A DNA stretch of 64,000 nucleotides from an uncultured Nitrospiraceae bacterium (GTDB lineage Bacteria > Nitrospirota > Nitrospiria > Nitrospirales > Nitrospiraceae), in assembly GCA_963846575.1 (NCBI GenBank), contig CAWJWJ010000002.1, positions 672,001 to 736,000 of the forward strand, read 5' to 3'. The notes beneath the pieces were generated by a model, which was not told the origin of the DNA, searched no databases, and was given only the letters and a program-made list of their open reading frames with translations. A program made the position numbers and the translations under genes. Below, in pieces: positions 1-11,882 of this stretch (its first letter is position 1; every line of letters starts with the position of its first letter).

Positions 1-1
1 C

Positions 2-400
2 GAAACATCGGGAGTCATTCGGACACTGTTAGAACGGAAACTGGTGCGCATTGTGGGTCGAAAGGAAGAACCAGGTCGTCCGATCATGTACGGGACGACG
101 AAATTTTTCCTGGAACATTTTGGCTTGCGTGACTTATCGCAGTTGCCGCCGCTTCGCGAGTTCAAGGAGTTGGGCGAGTCTGAGCAGGCAATGTTGCCAA
201 TCGATGAGACCATGGATGTGGGCGGTGAGTTGTCTCTCCCGGCTCCTGATTGCTTAACCGAAACGGCCGGTGAAGGAAGTGTCGAAGAAGCCATCCCTCT
301 GGAAATGAACGGTGCTGCAGGGAGGCCGTCGGGACAGGATCTAGCCGAGGCTGATGCGGAGAGCGATCTCATGGTCGCCAAAATCGTAGAGGAATCTTAA
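2..400 (+). CDS. scpB: SMC-Scp complex subunit ScpB (5' truncated by window edge)
   Basis: Frame open from base 2: GVIRTLLERKLVRIVGRKEEPGRPIMYGTTKFFLEHFGLRDLSQLP is the ScpB C-terminal signature, followed by an acidic tail. Confidence 0.93.
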   Translation, partial: ETSGVIRTLLERKLVRIVGRKEEPGRPIMYGTTKFFLEHFGLRDLSQLPPLREFKELGESEQAMLPIDETMDVGGELSLPAPDCLTETAGEGSVEEAIPLEMNGAAGRPSGQDLAEADAESDLMVAKIVEES

Positions 401-568
401 ATCCATCCTTGCCTACCTTGCTTGTCAGCGTATCCTCGAGGTTTTGAGGACCAACTATCGAGGGAGGAATCGATGCGAACAGGTCTCCGGAAGAGCCCGT
501 CTACCAGCTTGCTCCCGGAGGCTCGGCCTGTACTGCTTTCCGTAGGCGCAGGCGAACTCAGTTGAGGG

Positions 569-1138
569 TTAGTGGCAGCCGATCGGAATGAACCCCGCCC
601 CAAAAATCCGCTTGAGTGCCAGGTATCGGGTATTGTCGTAAAACGAATAACTCGGGGCCTGCCAATTTCGACCTGTCGGATTACTCCCGTAGGATGGATC
701 GGTTCCAAAGAAGAACCCTCCGCGAGAATTCTGCGTTATGTTCATCCATTCCATATACATACCGCAGACTTCGGCCTGGACCGCCCCATTCCCCCTATTT
801 GCTGCATACCAATCGCGAGCAAAATCTGGAACTTGCGTTAAATTTCGCAAAGCGCCCATGGGTGTGTCGTAGGAATAATCAGGCACTCCTGGAGTCGGTT
901 GGTAGATCGCGCCTCCAGTTGAAGGGCGAAGGGTCACTTCCGGCCATGAAGGCACGGTGGAGATGGTCGCAAGCGTCATGGCCTGACATCCCGGCCGTTC
1001 TTTGTTGGTGTAGAGGGTCGTGCCATCGGTACTTGGGCATTCCCACATGTCGACCGCACTCGACTCAGTGGCTTGCGCAGGCTGAGCGAGGAAAAGGCTC
1101 GCGGCGAAAGTTGCAAACACGACTCGTATTGGCCACAT
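569..1138 (-). CDS. Exported protein with DUF4124-like N-terminal motif
   Basis: Start chosen at MWPIRVV (signal peptide ending AQA), then MWECPSTDGTTLYTNKERPGC, a DUF4124-like motif. Confidence 0.7.
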   Translation of the reverse strand: MWPIRVVFATFAASLFLAQPAQATESSAVDMWECPSTDGTTLYTNKERPGCQAMTLATISTVPSWPEVTLRPSTGGAIYQPTPGVPDYSYDTPMGALRNLTQVPDFARDWYAANRGNGAVQAEVCGMYMEWMNITQNSRGGFFFGTDPSYGSNPTGRNWQAPSYSFYDNTRYLALKRIFGAGFIPIGCH

Positions 1139-1374
1139 GATATACCTCCGATTGATTCGTCTAACCAGCCGAGGTGCATTGCGTGCCTGCCTCGAGAATG
1201 CCGAGCCTATGTCATCCGTAAGATTCGAGTCCATCCAGCTTTGGGGGTATGGTCGCCCTGCAATTCCGATCACCATGGCCGAACCCCGACCAGCTTCGCC
1301 TTGCTGTTCACTCGGCGCTCTGGTCACGCAGGTCTAGTCGCCGAGGGAGCCGCTGCGGATCCATATGTCGTGCC

Positions 1375-1404
1375 TTGACTCCCTTATTTTCGCTTTGTTA
1401 GACT
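1375..1404 (+). promoter_or_regulatory. Putative sigma-70 promoter of the NHL-guaB-guaA run
   Basis: TTGACT (1375-1380), 18-nt spacer ending in TGn, TAGACT (1399-1404). Confidence 0.5.
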
Positions 1405-1466
1405 GCCCGATCTAAGTTATTGAAAGATCCACAAATCTTCACCAATCTCGCATCACGAGGAACACC

Positions 1467-4436
1467 ATGATCAAGGCCTGGCTGCTTGAGGAAATGTTTC
1501 GGTTTGACCGGCGTCATCTCACGGCGGAGGGAAGTCAGAGCGAATGGGGGGCCGGAGATTCGGTGGCTGAGGAGGAAGATCTGCCTCCAGCCCCGACTGG
1601 GGTTTGCGCCAAGGCTGGCAATGGTCGGGTCATGATCACCTGGGACGCAGTGCCGGAGGCGATGTACTACAACATATATTTCATGACCACGAAGGGCGTG
1701 CAGATCAAGTTCTCAGAGCTCACACGGCCTATCGCCAGCGCAGATGATTTCAAGACCATGATTGGAGTGACTAAGGAGAAGGGGACGTGTATCGAAGGTC
1801 CGCAGTCACCCTTTATGCACGACGATCTGGCCAACGGGACGTGTTACCACTATGTTGTGACTGTTGTGACTCAGAAGGGCGAAAGTCCCGAATCGCAGGA
1901 AGTGATGGCGATTCCCGCCCCGTACCTGATTGCCAAGATCATTGGGCAGGAAGGTGTGGAGGACGGAGAGTTCAGTTCGCCGACCGGCATTGCCGTGGAT
2001 AAGGATGGCAATCTCTACGTCGCCGATACAGACAATCATTCGATTCAAAAATTTGATAAAGACGGCACCTTTCTGGGTCGCTGGGGTGGAGAAGCCAGCA
2101 GTGCAGAGGGCGGATACTATTATCCGCGAGGCTTGGCCACCAACCCGGACGGACAGGTGTATGTGGCTGATACTGGCAACAATCGGGTGCAACGGTTGGA
2201 CGCGGACGGCAATCCCATCAAGTCATGGGGCAAATTTGGATTTGCCTGGCGCGGCGCGGACATGAACAAGTTCGACGCACCCTGGGGTGTGACGACTGAT
2301 CAAGAAGGCAACATCTACGTCACCGATACCAATAATGCTCGCATACAGAAATTCAAAGGGGACGGCACGCCGCTATTAAAGTGGGGGCGGGATGGCAGCT
2401 TCGACGGCGCATTCTTCTTTCCGCGTGGAGTAGCCGTTGATTTCGTAGGGAACACGTATGTGGCTGATGAAGGTAATAATCGGATCCAGAAATTTGACAC
2501 GCGCGGAAGCTTCTTGACCAAGTGGGGTCGTGAGGGGAGTGGGCCGGGGCAGTTTAAGGCTCCGTGGGGCGTCACGTGCGATGCATTAGGCAACGTCTAT
2601 GTGGTCGATCAGGGCAATCACCGTATCCAAAAGTTTGACGGGAACGGTACATTTCTTTGTGCGTGGGGCAATCGGGGAAAGACTGAGGGGCAGCTGAATT
2701 TCCCATCCGGCGTCGTGGTGGACAAAGAGGGGGCGGTCTACGTCGTCGATAGCGGCAATCATCGGGTCATCAAGTATATTCCCACGGATGAAGAATTGAA
2801 TCGAGGCAGGGAAGAGCGCGAGCGGGCTCAAGTCGTGACTGATTATCCGACCCCGCGCAATCTGGCCATTAAGCCGGGAGATACTGAAACCTTCCTCAGT
2901 TGGATGGATGTCCCGGGGGCGGTTTCGTATAACCTCTATTTTCACACGACGGCGAATCTCACGGTCGAGGGGGGCACGAAGATCGAAGGTGTATCCAGTC
3001 CCTACAATCACACCGGCCTCACCAATGATCAGGCGTACTATTACGCCTTGACGGCGGTGTATGAGGACGGCACGGAGAGCGGACTGTCGGGCGAGGCCTC
3101 CGCCACGCCGGTTTTGATCGACATTACGGCTCCCCAAACTCCCTATGCCGTGATCAACCATGGAGCGTTCATGACGAACTCTCCTGAGATTGTGGTGACG
3201 ATTTCAGCTACCGACCTCGATACCGGAGTCTCGTCCTACTATATTTCTGAAAATCCCATGACGCCGATGGCCGGAACGCCTGGATGGGTGGAAGTTCCCC
3301 CAGCCAACAAGTTCGGCGCGACGATTCCCTTCATTCTATCCCCGGGCGATGGGCAGAAGACGGTTATTGTGTGGTTCAAGGACGCCGGGAATAATATCTC
3401 GACACCGGCGAGCGCGACCATTCTAGTCAACACCTCCGGCTATCTCTGTGTGTCGAAGTGGGGTAAGCCCGGTCGAGGCGCCTCACTGCTGCACGGTGGT
3501 GAATTCATGGCGCCGGTTTATGGGCTGGCCATCGATCAGCAGGGCTCCATTTTTGTCGTGGATAACGGCAACAACCGGATCCAGAAGTTCGATCGTACTG
3601 GGAATTTCATCATTTTGTGGGGTAACTTCGGCGCGGCCAACGCGAACTTTCATAACCCCACCGGTATTGCCTGCGATGCCAAGGGCGACGTTTATGTGGT
3701 CGATACGAATAATCACCGCGTACAGAAGTTCGATGGAAAATTGGGCGGCTACATTATGAAGTTCGGGTCCCGTGGAAACGGCGAAGGTCAATTCAACGCG
3801 CCGTGGGGTATCGCGATCGATCGTGTGCGCGGTTATATTTACGTCGTCGATAGTGCCAACTTCCGGGTACAAAAATTTGATATGAGCGGAGAATTCATCA
3901 TGTCCTGGGGGAGCTTCGGAAATGGCGACGGTCAATTCTATTTCCCGCGCGGCGTCGCTGTCGATCAGGCCGACGGCACCGTGTACGTCGTCGACATGGG
4001 GAATCACCGCATTCAGAAGTTCGATACCAGTACCAATGTGCTGCCACAGCTGTTGACCAAATGGGGGGGTAGTTCGGAGGCCGGTCATGCCAGCAGTCCC
4101 CTCGCACAGGAAGCTGGACAGTTGCGATCGCCCTGGGGCATCGCAATCGACAGCCAAGGAGATGTGTACGTCACGGATACCGGCAATCATCGCGTAGAAA
4201 AGTTCGACCGCGAGGGAAACTTCATTTCACAGTGGGGCGGTTTTGGAGGCGGGGACGGTCAATTCAATTTTCCTTACGGCATCGTGGTGGATTCCAGAGG
4301 CAGTGTGTTCACCGTTGATAGCGGAAACACCAGGGTCCAGCAGTTTATGCCTGCGGAAGAAGGCAGCGAGCGGTTGCAGGAAGAGGCGGAAGCTGCGGCA
4401 GAATTGGGACAGGTCGACAAAACGACGAAGGTATAG
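1467..4436 (+). CDS. FN3 and NHL-repeat protein (two six-bladed NHL propellers)
   Basis: 12 repeats of F..P.G(I/V)AVD..G..YV.D..N.R(I/V)QKFD in two blocks of six; two FN3-like segments (W..VP.A..YN.Y ... NGT.Y.Y.VT); RBS GAGG; no signal peptide. Confidence 0.9.
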   Translation: MIKAWLLEEMFRFDRRHLTAEGSQSEWGAGDSVAEEEDLPPAPTGVCAKAGNGRVMITWDAVPEAMYYNIYFMTTKGVQIKFSELTRPIASADDFKTMIGVTKEKGTCIEGPQSPFMHDDLANGTCYHYVVTVVTQKGESPESQEVMAIPAPYLIAKIIGQEGVEDGEFSSPTGIAVDKDGNLYVADTDNHSIQKFDKDGTFLGRWGGEASSAEGGYYYPRGLATNPDGQVYVADTGNNRVQRLDADGNPIKSWGKFGFAWRGADMNKFDAPWGVTTDQEGNIYVTDTNNARIQKFKGDGTPLLKWGRDGSFDGAFFFPRGVAVDFVGNTYVADEGNNRIQKFDTRGSFLTKWGREGSGPGQFKAPWGVTCDALGNVYVVDQGNHRIQKFDGNGTFLCAWGNRGKTEGQLNFPSGVVVDKEGAVYVVDSGNHRVIKYIPTDEELNRGREERERAQVVTDYPTPRNLAIKPGDTETFLSWMDVPGAVSYNLYFHTTANLTVEGGTKIEGVSSPYNHTGLTNDQAYYYALTAVYEDGTESGLSGEASATPVLIDITAPQTPYAVINHGAFMTNSPEIVVTISATDLDTGVSSYYISENPMTPMAGTPGWVEVPPANKFGATIPFILSPGDGQKTVIVWFKDAGNNISTPASATILVNTSGYLCVSKWGKPGRGASLLHGGEFMAPVYGLAIDQQGSIFVVDNGNNRIQKFDRTGNFIILWGNFGAANANFHNPTGIACDAKGDVYVVDTNNHRVQKFDGKLGGYIMKFGSRGNGEGQFNAPWGIAIDRVRGYIYVVDSANFRVQKFDMSGEFIMSWGSFGNGDGQFYFPRGVAVDQADGTVYVVDMGNHRIQKFDTSTNVLPQLLTKWGGSSEAGHASSPLAQEAGQLRSPWGIAIDSQGDVYVTDTGNHRVEKFDREGNFISQWGGFGGGDGQFNFPYGIVVDSRGSVFTVDSGNTRVQQFMPAEEGSERLQEEAEAAAELGQVDKTTKV

Positions 4437-4463
4437 GAATAACGGGCGAGAGACCTGGAGGGG

Positions 4464-5939
4464 GTGGCGTCGATGTTGGAGAAGGAGATTCGGATTGGAC
4501 TGACGTACGATGACGTCGTCCTGGTGCCGGCGAAATCGAGTGTCCTCCCGAGCGAGGTCGATACCCGAACTCGCCTATCTCGCAACATTGAGCTGAATAT
4601 CCCCATCGTGAGTGCCGCCATGGACACCGTGACAGAAGCACGGCTTGCGATTGCGATGGCGCAGGAGGGGGGCATTGGCATTGTGCACCGCGTCCTCTCA
4701 CCGACGGACCAGGCAGCCGAAATCGATAAGGTGAAAAAATCAGAAAGCGGCATGATTTTGGATCCCATTACGATCTCGCCGGATCAGACAATCCGCGATG
4801 CGCATGATCTGATGTCCAGGTATCGGATTTCTGGAATTCCGGTGACCAAGGCCGGTAAGCTGGTTGGAATCTTGACGAACCGCGACTTGCGGTTCGAGAC
4901 CCGGATGGACCTGAAAGTGTCCCAGGTGATGAAGCGCGACAAGCTTATCACCGCGCCGGAAGGGACCAGTTTGGAGAAGGCGCGGGAAATCCTGCACGAA
5001 CACCGGATTGAAAAGCTTCCGGTGGTCAATAAACATTTTGAGCTTAAAGGGCTCATTACCATCAAAGACATCGAGAAGCGGATCAAGTATCCCCATGCCT
5101 GCAAAGATTCACATGGCCGTCTGCGTGTGGGGGCGGCGTTAGGGGTCGGTCCTGAAACGGGAGAGCGGGTGGCCCTGCTCGTCAAAGCCGGAGTGGATGT
5201 GGTGGTTGTGGATACAGCGCACGGCCATTCGCAGGCCGTGTTGGATACGGTCAAAATGGTGCGAAAAGCCCATCCTCAGTTGGACATTATCGCAGGCAAC
5301 ATTGCCACCGCGCAGGCGGCCAAGGATTTGGTCAAAGCGGGTGTCGATGCGGTGAAAGTTGGCGTGGGGCCAGGTTCGATATGCACGACGCGCATGGTGT
5401 CTGGTGCAGGTATGCCTCAACTCACGGCGATTGCGGATTGCGCCAAAATTCTAGCCGGGTCCGGGATCCCCGTCATTGCCGATGGCGGCATCAAATATTC
5501 CGGTGATATCACGAAAGCCTTGGCAGCCGGGGCTTCCGCGGTGATGTTGGGCAGCCTGCTGGCTGGCACTGAGGAAGCTCCGGGGGAAACCGTGTTGTTC
5601 CAAGCTCGGACATATAAGGTGTATCGCGGAATGGGATCTATCGGAGCCATGGAACGGGGTGGCGGCGATCGATATGGGCAGGCGGGACGACCTGCTCCGA
5701 AACTCGTGCCGGAAGGGATCGAAGGCCGGGTACCCTACAAAGGGCTCCTGGCGCCGCATATTTATCAGATGGTCGGCGGGGTCAAGTCCGGTATGGGGTA
5801 TTGCGGCTGCAAAACTATCCCTGATTTACAACAGAAGGCGACCTTCATTCGGCAGACCATAGCCGGACTTCGTGAAGGGCATGTCCACGACGTCATCATC
5901 ACTAAAGAAGCCCCCAATTATCGAACTGACTGGGAATAG
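4464..5939 (+). CDS. guaB: IMP dehydrogenase
   Basis: [12 protein letters not shown] pair, catalytic [21 protein letters not shown]. Confidence 0.98.
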   Translation: MASMLEKEIRIGLTYDDVVLVPAKSSVLPSEVDTRTRLSRNIELNIPIVSAAMDTVTEARLAIAMAQEGGIGIVHRVLSPTDQAAEIDKVKKSESGMILDPITISPDQTIRDAHDLMSRYRISGIPVTKAGKLVGILTNRDLRFETRMDLKVSQVMKRDKLITAPEGTSLEKAREILHEHRIEKLPVVNKHFELKGLITIKDIEKRIKYPHACKDSHGRLRVGAALGVGPETGERVALLVKAGVDVVVVDTAHGHSQAVLDTVKMVRKAHPQLDIIAGNIATAQAAKDLVKAGVDAVKVGVGPGSICTTRMVSGAGMPQLTAIADCAKILAGSGIPVIADGGIKYSGDITKALAAGASAVMLGSLLAGTEEAPGETVLFQARTYKVYRGMGSIGAMERGGGDRYGQAGRPAPKLVPEGIEGRVPYKGLLAPHIYQMVGGVKSGMGYCGCKTIPDLQQKATFIRQTIAGLREGHVHDVIITKEAPNYRTDWE

Positions 5940-5944
5940 CCTCG

Positions 5945-6019
5945 CGTGAATCGCTCCTCGTGAAGCATATCTCGCAATTCAGATCTCCTCACTAGACGAA
6001 TAACGGTTCACGCTTCACG
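5945..6019. repeat. Inverted heptamer-repeat element (CGTnnnn)n...(nnnnACG)n between guaB and guaA
   Basis: CGTGAAT CGCTCCT CGTGAAG CATATCT CGCAATT (5945-5979) and CTAGACG AATAACG GTTCACG CTTCACG (5992-6019). Confidence 0.7.
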
Positions 6020-6030
6020 GAAACCTCTCC

Positions 6031-7587
6031 ATGGAACTTTGGCACGATAGAATTCTTGTTCTCGATTACGGATCCCAGTACACCCAATTGATTGCGCGAC
6101 GCATTCGCGAGGCGCAGGTGTATTCTCAGATCCTGCCCTGTACCGTCTCACTGGCGACGATCCTCGCCTACCGACCGAAAGGCATCGTGTTATCGGGCGG
6201 TCCGTCCAGTGTATATGACAAAAAAGCTCCTTCCGTCTCGAAGCAACTGTTTGATCAGGGGATTCCCATCCTTGGTATCTGCTATGGCATGCAACTGGTG
6301 ACCCACCTTCAAGGGGGCGACGTGGAACGAGCCGCCCATCGGGAATTCGGCCGGGCCGAACTCGTCCTCGACGATCGATCAGATTTGTTCAAGGGCGTCG
6401 GCCGCGGCGGAACCACGACCGTCTGGATGTCGCACGGTGATCGGATTGCGCGCATGCCGCCAGGCTTCCGTTCCATTGCGCATACAGACAACTCTCCCAT
6501 CGCCGCGATGAAGCGGCATGATGCCAAACAGCGGATCTATTGCCTGCAGTTTCATCCCGAGGTGGCCCACACCTCGGAAGGCGTCGGCATCCTCAGAAAC
6601 TTCGTCTACGATATTTGTGGGTGTACCCCGACATGGACCATGCGGTCCTATGTCGAAACGGCAGTGGAGCAGATCAGGGAGAAAGTCGGCAAGGAGCGAG
6701 TGATCTGTGCGTTGAGCGGCGGAGTGGATTCGTCTGTGGCAGCGGCGCTCACACATCGAGCGATCGGGGACCAACTGACTTGCATTTTCGTGGATAATGG
6801 TGTGTTGCGGGCCGGGGAGCGCGATCAGGTCGAAAAGACGTTCGCTTCGCAGCTGCATCTGAATATGCGAATACTCGATCGCACGACCCAGTTTTTGACC
6901 GGCCTTAAGGGCATCACCGACCCGGAGCGAAAGCGGAAGATCATTGGAAGGCTGTTCATCAAGAATTTCGAGGTCGAGTCCAAGAAGCTGAAGGGAATTA
7001 AGTATCTGGTTCAAGGCACCTTGTATCCCGATGTGATTGAGAGCGTCAGCTTCAAAGGGCCGTCGGCGACGATTAAAACGCATCACAATGTCGGAGGGTT
7101 GCCGACCAAGATGAAGCTGAAGCTCATTGAGCCGCTGCGAGAACTGTTTAAAGATGAAGTGCGAGTGCTGGGTCATGAACTCGGACTCCCGGACGAGATC
7201 ATCTGGCGGCAGCCATTTCCCGGCCCGGGCCTGGCGATTCGAGTGCTTGGCGCCGTCACGAAAGAGCGGCTGGCCATCCTGCGTGGCGCAGAAACCATCG
7301 TGGATCAAGAAATCAGAGGGGCAGGATTGTATCGAGAAATTTGGCAGGCATTCGCGGTCCTGTTGCCGATACGAACTGTAGGTGTCATGGGGGATCAGAG
7401 GACATACGAGAATGTGATTGCCATACGCGCGGTCACGAGCCTCGACGGCATGACTGCCGATTGGGCAAAGATTCCCAATGACGTACTGGGCAGAATGTCC
7501 AGCCGGATCATCAACGAAGTGAAGGGTGTTAACCGGGTGGTGTATGACATCAGCTCGAAGCCGCCGTCAACAATCGAGTGGGAGTAG
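6031..7587 (+). CDS. guaA: GMP synthase (glutamine-hydrolysing)
   Basis: [44 protein letters not shown]-terminal KPPSTIEWE. Confidence 0.98.
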   Translation: MELWHDRILVLDYGSQYTQLIARRIREAQVYSQILPCTVSLATILAYRPKGIVLSGGPSSVYDKKAPSVSKQLFDQGIPILGICYGMQLVTHLQGGDVERAAHREFGRAELVLDDRSDLFKGVGRGGTTTVWMSHGDRIARMPPGFRSIAHTDNSPIAAMKRHDAKQRIYCLQFHPEVAHTSEGVGILRNFVYDICGCTPTWTMRSYVETAVEQIREKVGKERVICALSGGVDSSVAAALTHRAIGDQLTCIFVDNGVLRAGERDQVEKTFASQLHLNMRILDRTTQFLTGLKGITDPERKRKIIGRLFIKNFEVESKKLKGIKYLVQGTLYPDVIESVSFKGPSATIKTHHNVGGLPTKMKLKLIEPLRELFKDEVRVLGHELGLPDEIIWRQPFPGPGLAIRVLGAVTKERLAILRGAETIVDQEIRGAGLYREIWQAFAVLLPIRTVGVMGDQRTYENVIAIRAVTSLDGMTADWAKIPNDVLGRMSSRIINEVKGVNRVVYDISSKPPSTIEWE

Positions 7588-7593
7588 GAACAA

Positions 7594-7659
7594 CGTAAGG
7601 CGTGAGAGTATGTTCTGCCCGTAATGTTTGCCGCGGTGGGAGACGAAATACGCTGTACG
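7594..7659. repeat. Second, more degenerate heptamer inverted element between guaA and rluB
   Basis: CGTAAGG CGTGAGA (7594-7607) ... GGAGACG AAATACG CTGTACG (7639-7659). Confidence 0.55.
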
Positions 7660-7669
7660 GAAGGAGCCC

Positions 7670-8932
7670 ATGGAAGTCAGGTTACAAAAACTAATCGCCG
7701 GAACCGGACTGGCCTCGCGGCGTAAAGCCGAGGAACTGATCACGTCCGGACGCGTGACGATCAACGGCCACGTGGTAAAGGAACTTGGCACCAAGGTGAA
7801 TCCGGACAAGGACCATGTGAAGGTTGACGGCAAGCATCTGCGTTCCGCGCAGCCCTATGTCTATCTCATCCTGAACAAACCCAAAAACGTCATGTCTACG
7901 CTTGACGACCCCGAAGGCCGCCCCACGGTAAAGGACCTCTTGCATGGAGTGACCGTGAGAGTATTTCCTGTCGGACGGTTGGATTTCGACAGTGAAGGGC
8001 TCATGTTGCTGACCAATCATGGGGATCTCGCGCAGGCTCTTCTTCATCCCCGCTATCATATTCCCAAAACCTACTTGATCAAGGTTAAAGGCGTGCTAGA
8101 TGACACCAAGATCGAGGCCCTGGAGCGGGGCGTCAAACTCGAAGACGGGTTCACGGCGCCGGCGAAGGTCACGAAGGTCAGCAGGGCGGAAAGCAATTCC
8201 TGGCTCGAAGTCACGATTCATGAGGGGCGAAAACATCAAGTCAAGCGCATGATCGAGGCCGTCGGTCATTCGGTGATCAAGTTAACCAGGATACGTATGG
8301 GGCCTTTGCTTCTCGGTGATTTAGCGTCGAGGGAGTATCGGTTTCTGACCGATCGCGAGGCCAATCGACTGCGTGAGCTGGTGGAGGATCGGGTAGCGAG
8401 AGTCGAGCGTCCTGAACTGGATGCTTCGGGAAAGCCGGCCCGCTGGAAGCCGCCGACGGCACCGGCTCCGCCGCGCCCACCCAAGCCCGAGCGCTCCGGG
8501 CGGGGGCCGAAATCGCAGCGGTCCGAGCGGGGAACACGGGCTCAGCGTTCGGGACCTCCACCGAAGGCGCAGCGGTCTCGTCGCGGGACTGTGGCACGAC
8601 CTACAGGCCCACGACCTCAGTACCGGGGCTCAGTGCCGCGGTCAGTGCCAGAACATTCCCAGCCCGGGGCGAAGGCTCCAGCCGCCGGCGAAGGAATCAG
8701 GATGCCGCCTGTCAGACCAGGGAAGAATCCCTCACGGGTCTCGTCGGGGACAGGGTTTTCGAGATTCCGGTCGGGTGGAAAGCCTCAGGGAGCGGGCCGT
8801 GGTTCAGCAGTGCGACGCCCGGGCCCTGGTCAGAAATCTCAGCAGAACCGGCGTGGAGCACCATCGGCTTCGCGGCAGAGACCGCGAGGTCCTGCTAAAA
8901 AGTCGCGGTTTTCAACGCGGAGACGAGCATGA
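7670..8932 (+). CDS. rluB: 23S rRNA pseudouridine synthase (RluB/RsuA family) with long basic low-complexity tail
   Basis: AAGGAG RBS before ATG 7670; S4 domain [12 protein letters not shown]; catalytic [21 protein letters not shown]. Confidence 0.9.
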   Translation: MEVRLQKLIAGTGLASRRKAEELITSGRVTINGHVVKELGTKVNPDKDHVKVDGKHLRSAQPYVYLILNKPKNVMSTLDDPEGRPTVKDLLHGVTVRVFPVGRLDFDSEGLMLLTNHGDLAQALLHPRYHIPKTYLIKVKGVLDDTKIEALERGVKLEDGFTAPAKVTKVSRAESNSWLEVTIHEGRKHQVKRMIEAVGHSVIKLTRIRMGPLLLGDLASREYRFLTDREANRLRELVEDRVARVERPELDASGKPARWKPPTAPAPPRPPKPERSGRGPKSQRSERGTRAQRSGPPPKAQRSRRGTVARPTGPRPQYRGSVPRSVPEHSQPGAKAPAAGEGIRMPPVRPGKNPSRVSSGTGFSRFRSGGKPQGAGRGSAVRRPGPGQKSQQNRRGAPSASRQRPRGPAKKSRFSTRRRA

Positions 8933-10692
8933 AAACTAGGACTCATCGTTGCGGAGAATTGACCAAAGCCCAGGTGGGCCAACAAGTGGTCTTGAATGGA
9001 TGGGTGCAGCGTCGCCGGGATCACGGCGCGGTATTGTTCATTGATCTGCGGGATCGCACCGGGCTGACCCAGGTGGTGTTCAATGCCGAACGTAATGTGA
9101 CGGTCCACCAGATCGCGCAGACCCTGCGCAGCGAATGCGTCGTGTCGGTGCGCGGGCAGGTGAGCGCGCGTCCGGAGGAATCGAAAAACCCGCATTTGCC
9201 TACCGGTGACATCGAAATTTTCGTTGATGCCGTCGAGATTCTCAATGAAGCCAAGACGCCGCCCTTCATGATTGAGGATGATCTCGAGATTACCGAAGCG
9301 CTGCGCCTGAAATACCGCTATCTCGATCTGCGGCGGCCGAAGATGCAACGGTTGCTCGGATTACGCCATGGGATCATGCAGGCTGTTCGGGCATTTTTGA
9401 ACCAGGAGAACTTCCTGGAAGTGGAAACGCCCATGTTGACTAAGAGTACTCCGGAAGGCGCGCGGGATTATCTGGTGCCCAGCCGGGTCAATCCGGGGAT
9501 GTTCTACGCGTTGCCACAATCTCCACAGCTGTTCAAACAGGTCCTGATGGTGAGCGGCGTTGATCGCTATTACCAGATCGCCCGCTGTTTTCGTGACGAA
9601 GACCTGCGTAACGATCGGCAGCCGGAGTTCACGCAAATCGATCTCGAGATGTCGTTCGTGGATCGCGAGCCGGTCATGTCGCTCATGGAGCGGATGATCG
9701 TGTCTGTGTTCAAGGACGCTGGGGCGGTGCAGTTGCCCGTGCCGTTCCCGCGAATGACATATGCCGAGGCCCTAGGGCGTTATGGTTCCGATAAGCCGGA
9801 TCTTCGGTTCGACATGCCCTTGCATGATGTCACGCCCTTTGCTGCAAAAAGCGAATTCAAGGTGTTCAAAGAGGCGGCGACCAAGGGCGGAATCGTGAAA
9901 GCGTTGATCGTGTCAGGCGGAGCCACCATGGCGCGAAGTCGCATCGATGCGCTCGGCGAGACGGCGAAGAGCTTCGGTGCCAAAGGGTTGGCCTGGTTGA
10001 AGATCACGCCGGATGGACAGTTGGAATCGGTGATTGCAAAGTTTCTCGATGCGGAGGCGTTCAAGGTGTCTCTGCCGGAGGCAAAGCGGGGCGACTTGGT
10101 CCTGTTCGGTGCCGACAAGCCGGCTGTGGTTCATGATGTCCTGGGACGAATCAGACTGCAACTTGGAGAGGAACTGAACCTGATCGATAAGACGGCTTGG
10201 AAGCCGCTTTGGGTCACCGAGTTCCCGCTACTTGACTATTCGCCAGAAGAAAAACGTTACATCTTCATGCACAATCCGTTTGCCGCGCCGATGGACGAGG
10301 ATCTGCCGTACCTCGACACCGAGCCGTTGAAGGCACGGGCAAAGGCGTATGACATGGTGTTGAACGGGAGTGAAATCGGCGGTGGCAGTATTCGAAATCA
10401 CCGCAGTGACATCCAATTCCGCATTCTGGATCTATTGGGGATCGAGAAGGAACAAGCGCAGGCCAAATTCGGCTTCCTGCTTGAGGCCCTGGACTATGGC
10501 GCGCCTCCTCATGGCGGGATCGCGTTTGGCCTGGACAGGCTGATTATGCTGCTGGGCGGCGCCGATTCCATCCGGGATGTGATTGCCTTCCCCAAAACGC
10601 AGCGCGCGCAATGCCCGCTGACAGAAGCGCCGTCTGCCGTGAGTGCCGACCAGCTGAAAGAACTACGAATCAAGCTGGATGTGCTCGAGTAG
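8929..10692 (+). CDS. aspS: Aspartate-tRNA ligase (RRDHG suggests non-discriminating type)
   Basis: [47 protein letters not shown] overlap with rluB. Confidence 0.97.
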   Translation: MKTRTHRCGELTKAQVGQQVVLNGWVQRRRDHGAVLFIDLRDRTGLTQVVFNAERNVTVHQIAQTLRSECVVSVRGQVSARPEESKNPHLPTGDIEIFVDAVEILNEAKTPPFMIEDDLEITEALRLKYRYLDLRRPKMQRLLGLRHGIMQAVRAFLNQENFLEVETPMLTKSTPEGARDYLVPSRVNPGMFYALPQSPQLFKQVLMVSGVDRYYQIARCFRDEDLRNDRQPEFTQIDLEMSFVDREPVMSLMERMIVSVFKDAGAVQLPVPFPRMTYAEALGRYGSDKPDLRFDMPLHDVTPFAAKSEFKVFKEAATKGGIVKALIVSGGATMARSRIDALGETAKSFGAKGLAWLKITPDGQLESVIAKFLDAEAFKVSLPEAKRGDLVLFGADKPAVVHDVLGRIRLQLGEELNLIDKTAWKPLWVTEFPLLDYSPEEKRYIFMHNPFAAPMDEDLPYLDTEPLKARAKAYDMVLNGSEIGGGSIRNHRSDIQFRILDLLGIEKEQAQAKFGFLLEALDYGAPPHGGIAFGLDRLIMLLGGADSIRDVIAFPKTQRAQCPLTEAPSAVSADQLKELRIKLDVLE

Positions 10693-10711
10693 CAAGGAGT
10701 GACCCATCCCA

Positions 10712-11875
10712 ATGGCCGGCAATACCTTTGGCCGCTTGTTCACCGTCACCTCCTTTGGTGAGAGCCATGGGCCGGCAATCGGCTGCGTCGTGGATGGTTG
10801 TCCGCCGGGCCTCGCGCTTTCCGTAGAAGACATTCAGCGGGATTTGGACAGGCGCAAGCCCGGCACGTCCCGTCATGTCACACAGCGGCAGGAATCCGAT
10901 AGCGTGGAAATCCTGTCCGGTGTGTTTGAGGGGAAGACCACTGGCACACCGATTGGCCTCCTCATCCGGAACGAAGATGCGCGGAGCCGTGATTATGGCA
11001 ATCTGCTCGAGACCTTCCGACCAGGCCATGCTGACTACACCTACTGGCAGAAGTACGGGATCCGTGATCACCGTGGCGGAGGGCGATCTTCAGCGCGGGA
11101 AACGGCAGTGCGCGTCGCCGCCGCGGCGATTGCACGGAAGTGGCTTTCAGAAAAATATGGCGTCGTCATTCACGGCTATCTGAGCCAGCTTGGGCCGATT
11201 AAGCTCCCGTTCAAGACTTGGGATGCAGTCAGGCATAATGCTTTCTTTTCGGCAGATCCCGAGAGTGTGCCCGCCTGCGAAGCGTTTATGGACGAGTTGC
11301 GGAGGGACGGCGATTCAGTAGGCGCAAGAATTACGACGGTCGCCGAACACGTACCGGTTGGCTGGGGCTCGCCGGTCTATGCGAAACTGGATGCCGATTT
11401 GGCCGCCGCCATGATGAGCATCAATGCCGTGAAGGCAGTCGAAATCGGTTCGGGCTTCGACTCGGTCGTCCAGCGGGGTTCCGAGCACGGAGACGAACTC
11501 ACGCCGGACGGCTTTCTCTCGAATCATGCCGGTGGTGTTCTGGGAGGCATCTCAAGCGGCCAGGATGTCGTGGTGACGATCGGTATTAAACCCACCTCAA
11601 GCATTCGTGTCCCGCGCCGTTCCATCGACAAGGAGGGCAATCCCACGATTGTCGAAACGAACGGTCGCCACGATCCTTGTGTCGGGATTAGGGCGACACC
11701 CATCGCCGAGGCGATGATGGCCTTGGTTCTGATCGATCATGCGCTGCTTCATCGGGCGCAGAATGCCGACGTGAGTACCTCCACTCCGAAGATCGCGGCC
11801 TCTGCCAGGAAATCCGCCACATGTTCCGGATCGGCTGGCTCACGGAAGACCGATTCCGATCCTCACGAAGCCTAG
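10712..11875 (+). CDS. aroC: Chorismate synthase
   Basis: [27 protein letters not shown]. Confidence 0.97.
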   Translation: MAGNTFGRLFTVTSFGESHGPAIGCVVDGCPPGLALSVEDIQRDLDRRKPGTSRHVTQRQESDSVEILSGVFEGKTTGTPIGLLIRNEDARSRDYGNLLETFRPGHADYTYWQKYGIRDHRGGGRSSARETAVRVAAAAIARKWLSEKYGVVIHGYLSQLGPIKLPFKTWDAVRHNAFFSADPESVPACEAFMDELRRDGDSVGARITTVAEHVPVGWGSPVYAKLDADLAAAMMSINAVKAVEIGSGFDSVVQRGSEHGDELTPDGFLSNHAGGVLGGISSGQDVVVTIGIKPTSSIRVPRRSIDKEGNPTIVETNGRHDPCVGIRATPIAEAMMALVLIDHALLHRAQNADVSTSTPKIAASARKSATCSGSAGSRKTDSDPHEA

Positions 11876-11882
11876 TGGTCCA

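Noticed and set aside
401..568. SRP-like or other ncRNA after scpB
   Set aside because: CAGGTCTCCGGAAGAGC only loosely resembles the SRP motif and lacks the enclosing stem
1930..4345. Repetitive DNA as CRISPR or DGR-like array
   Set aside because: Repeats are degenerate and explained by NHL protein blades
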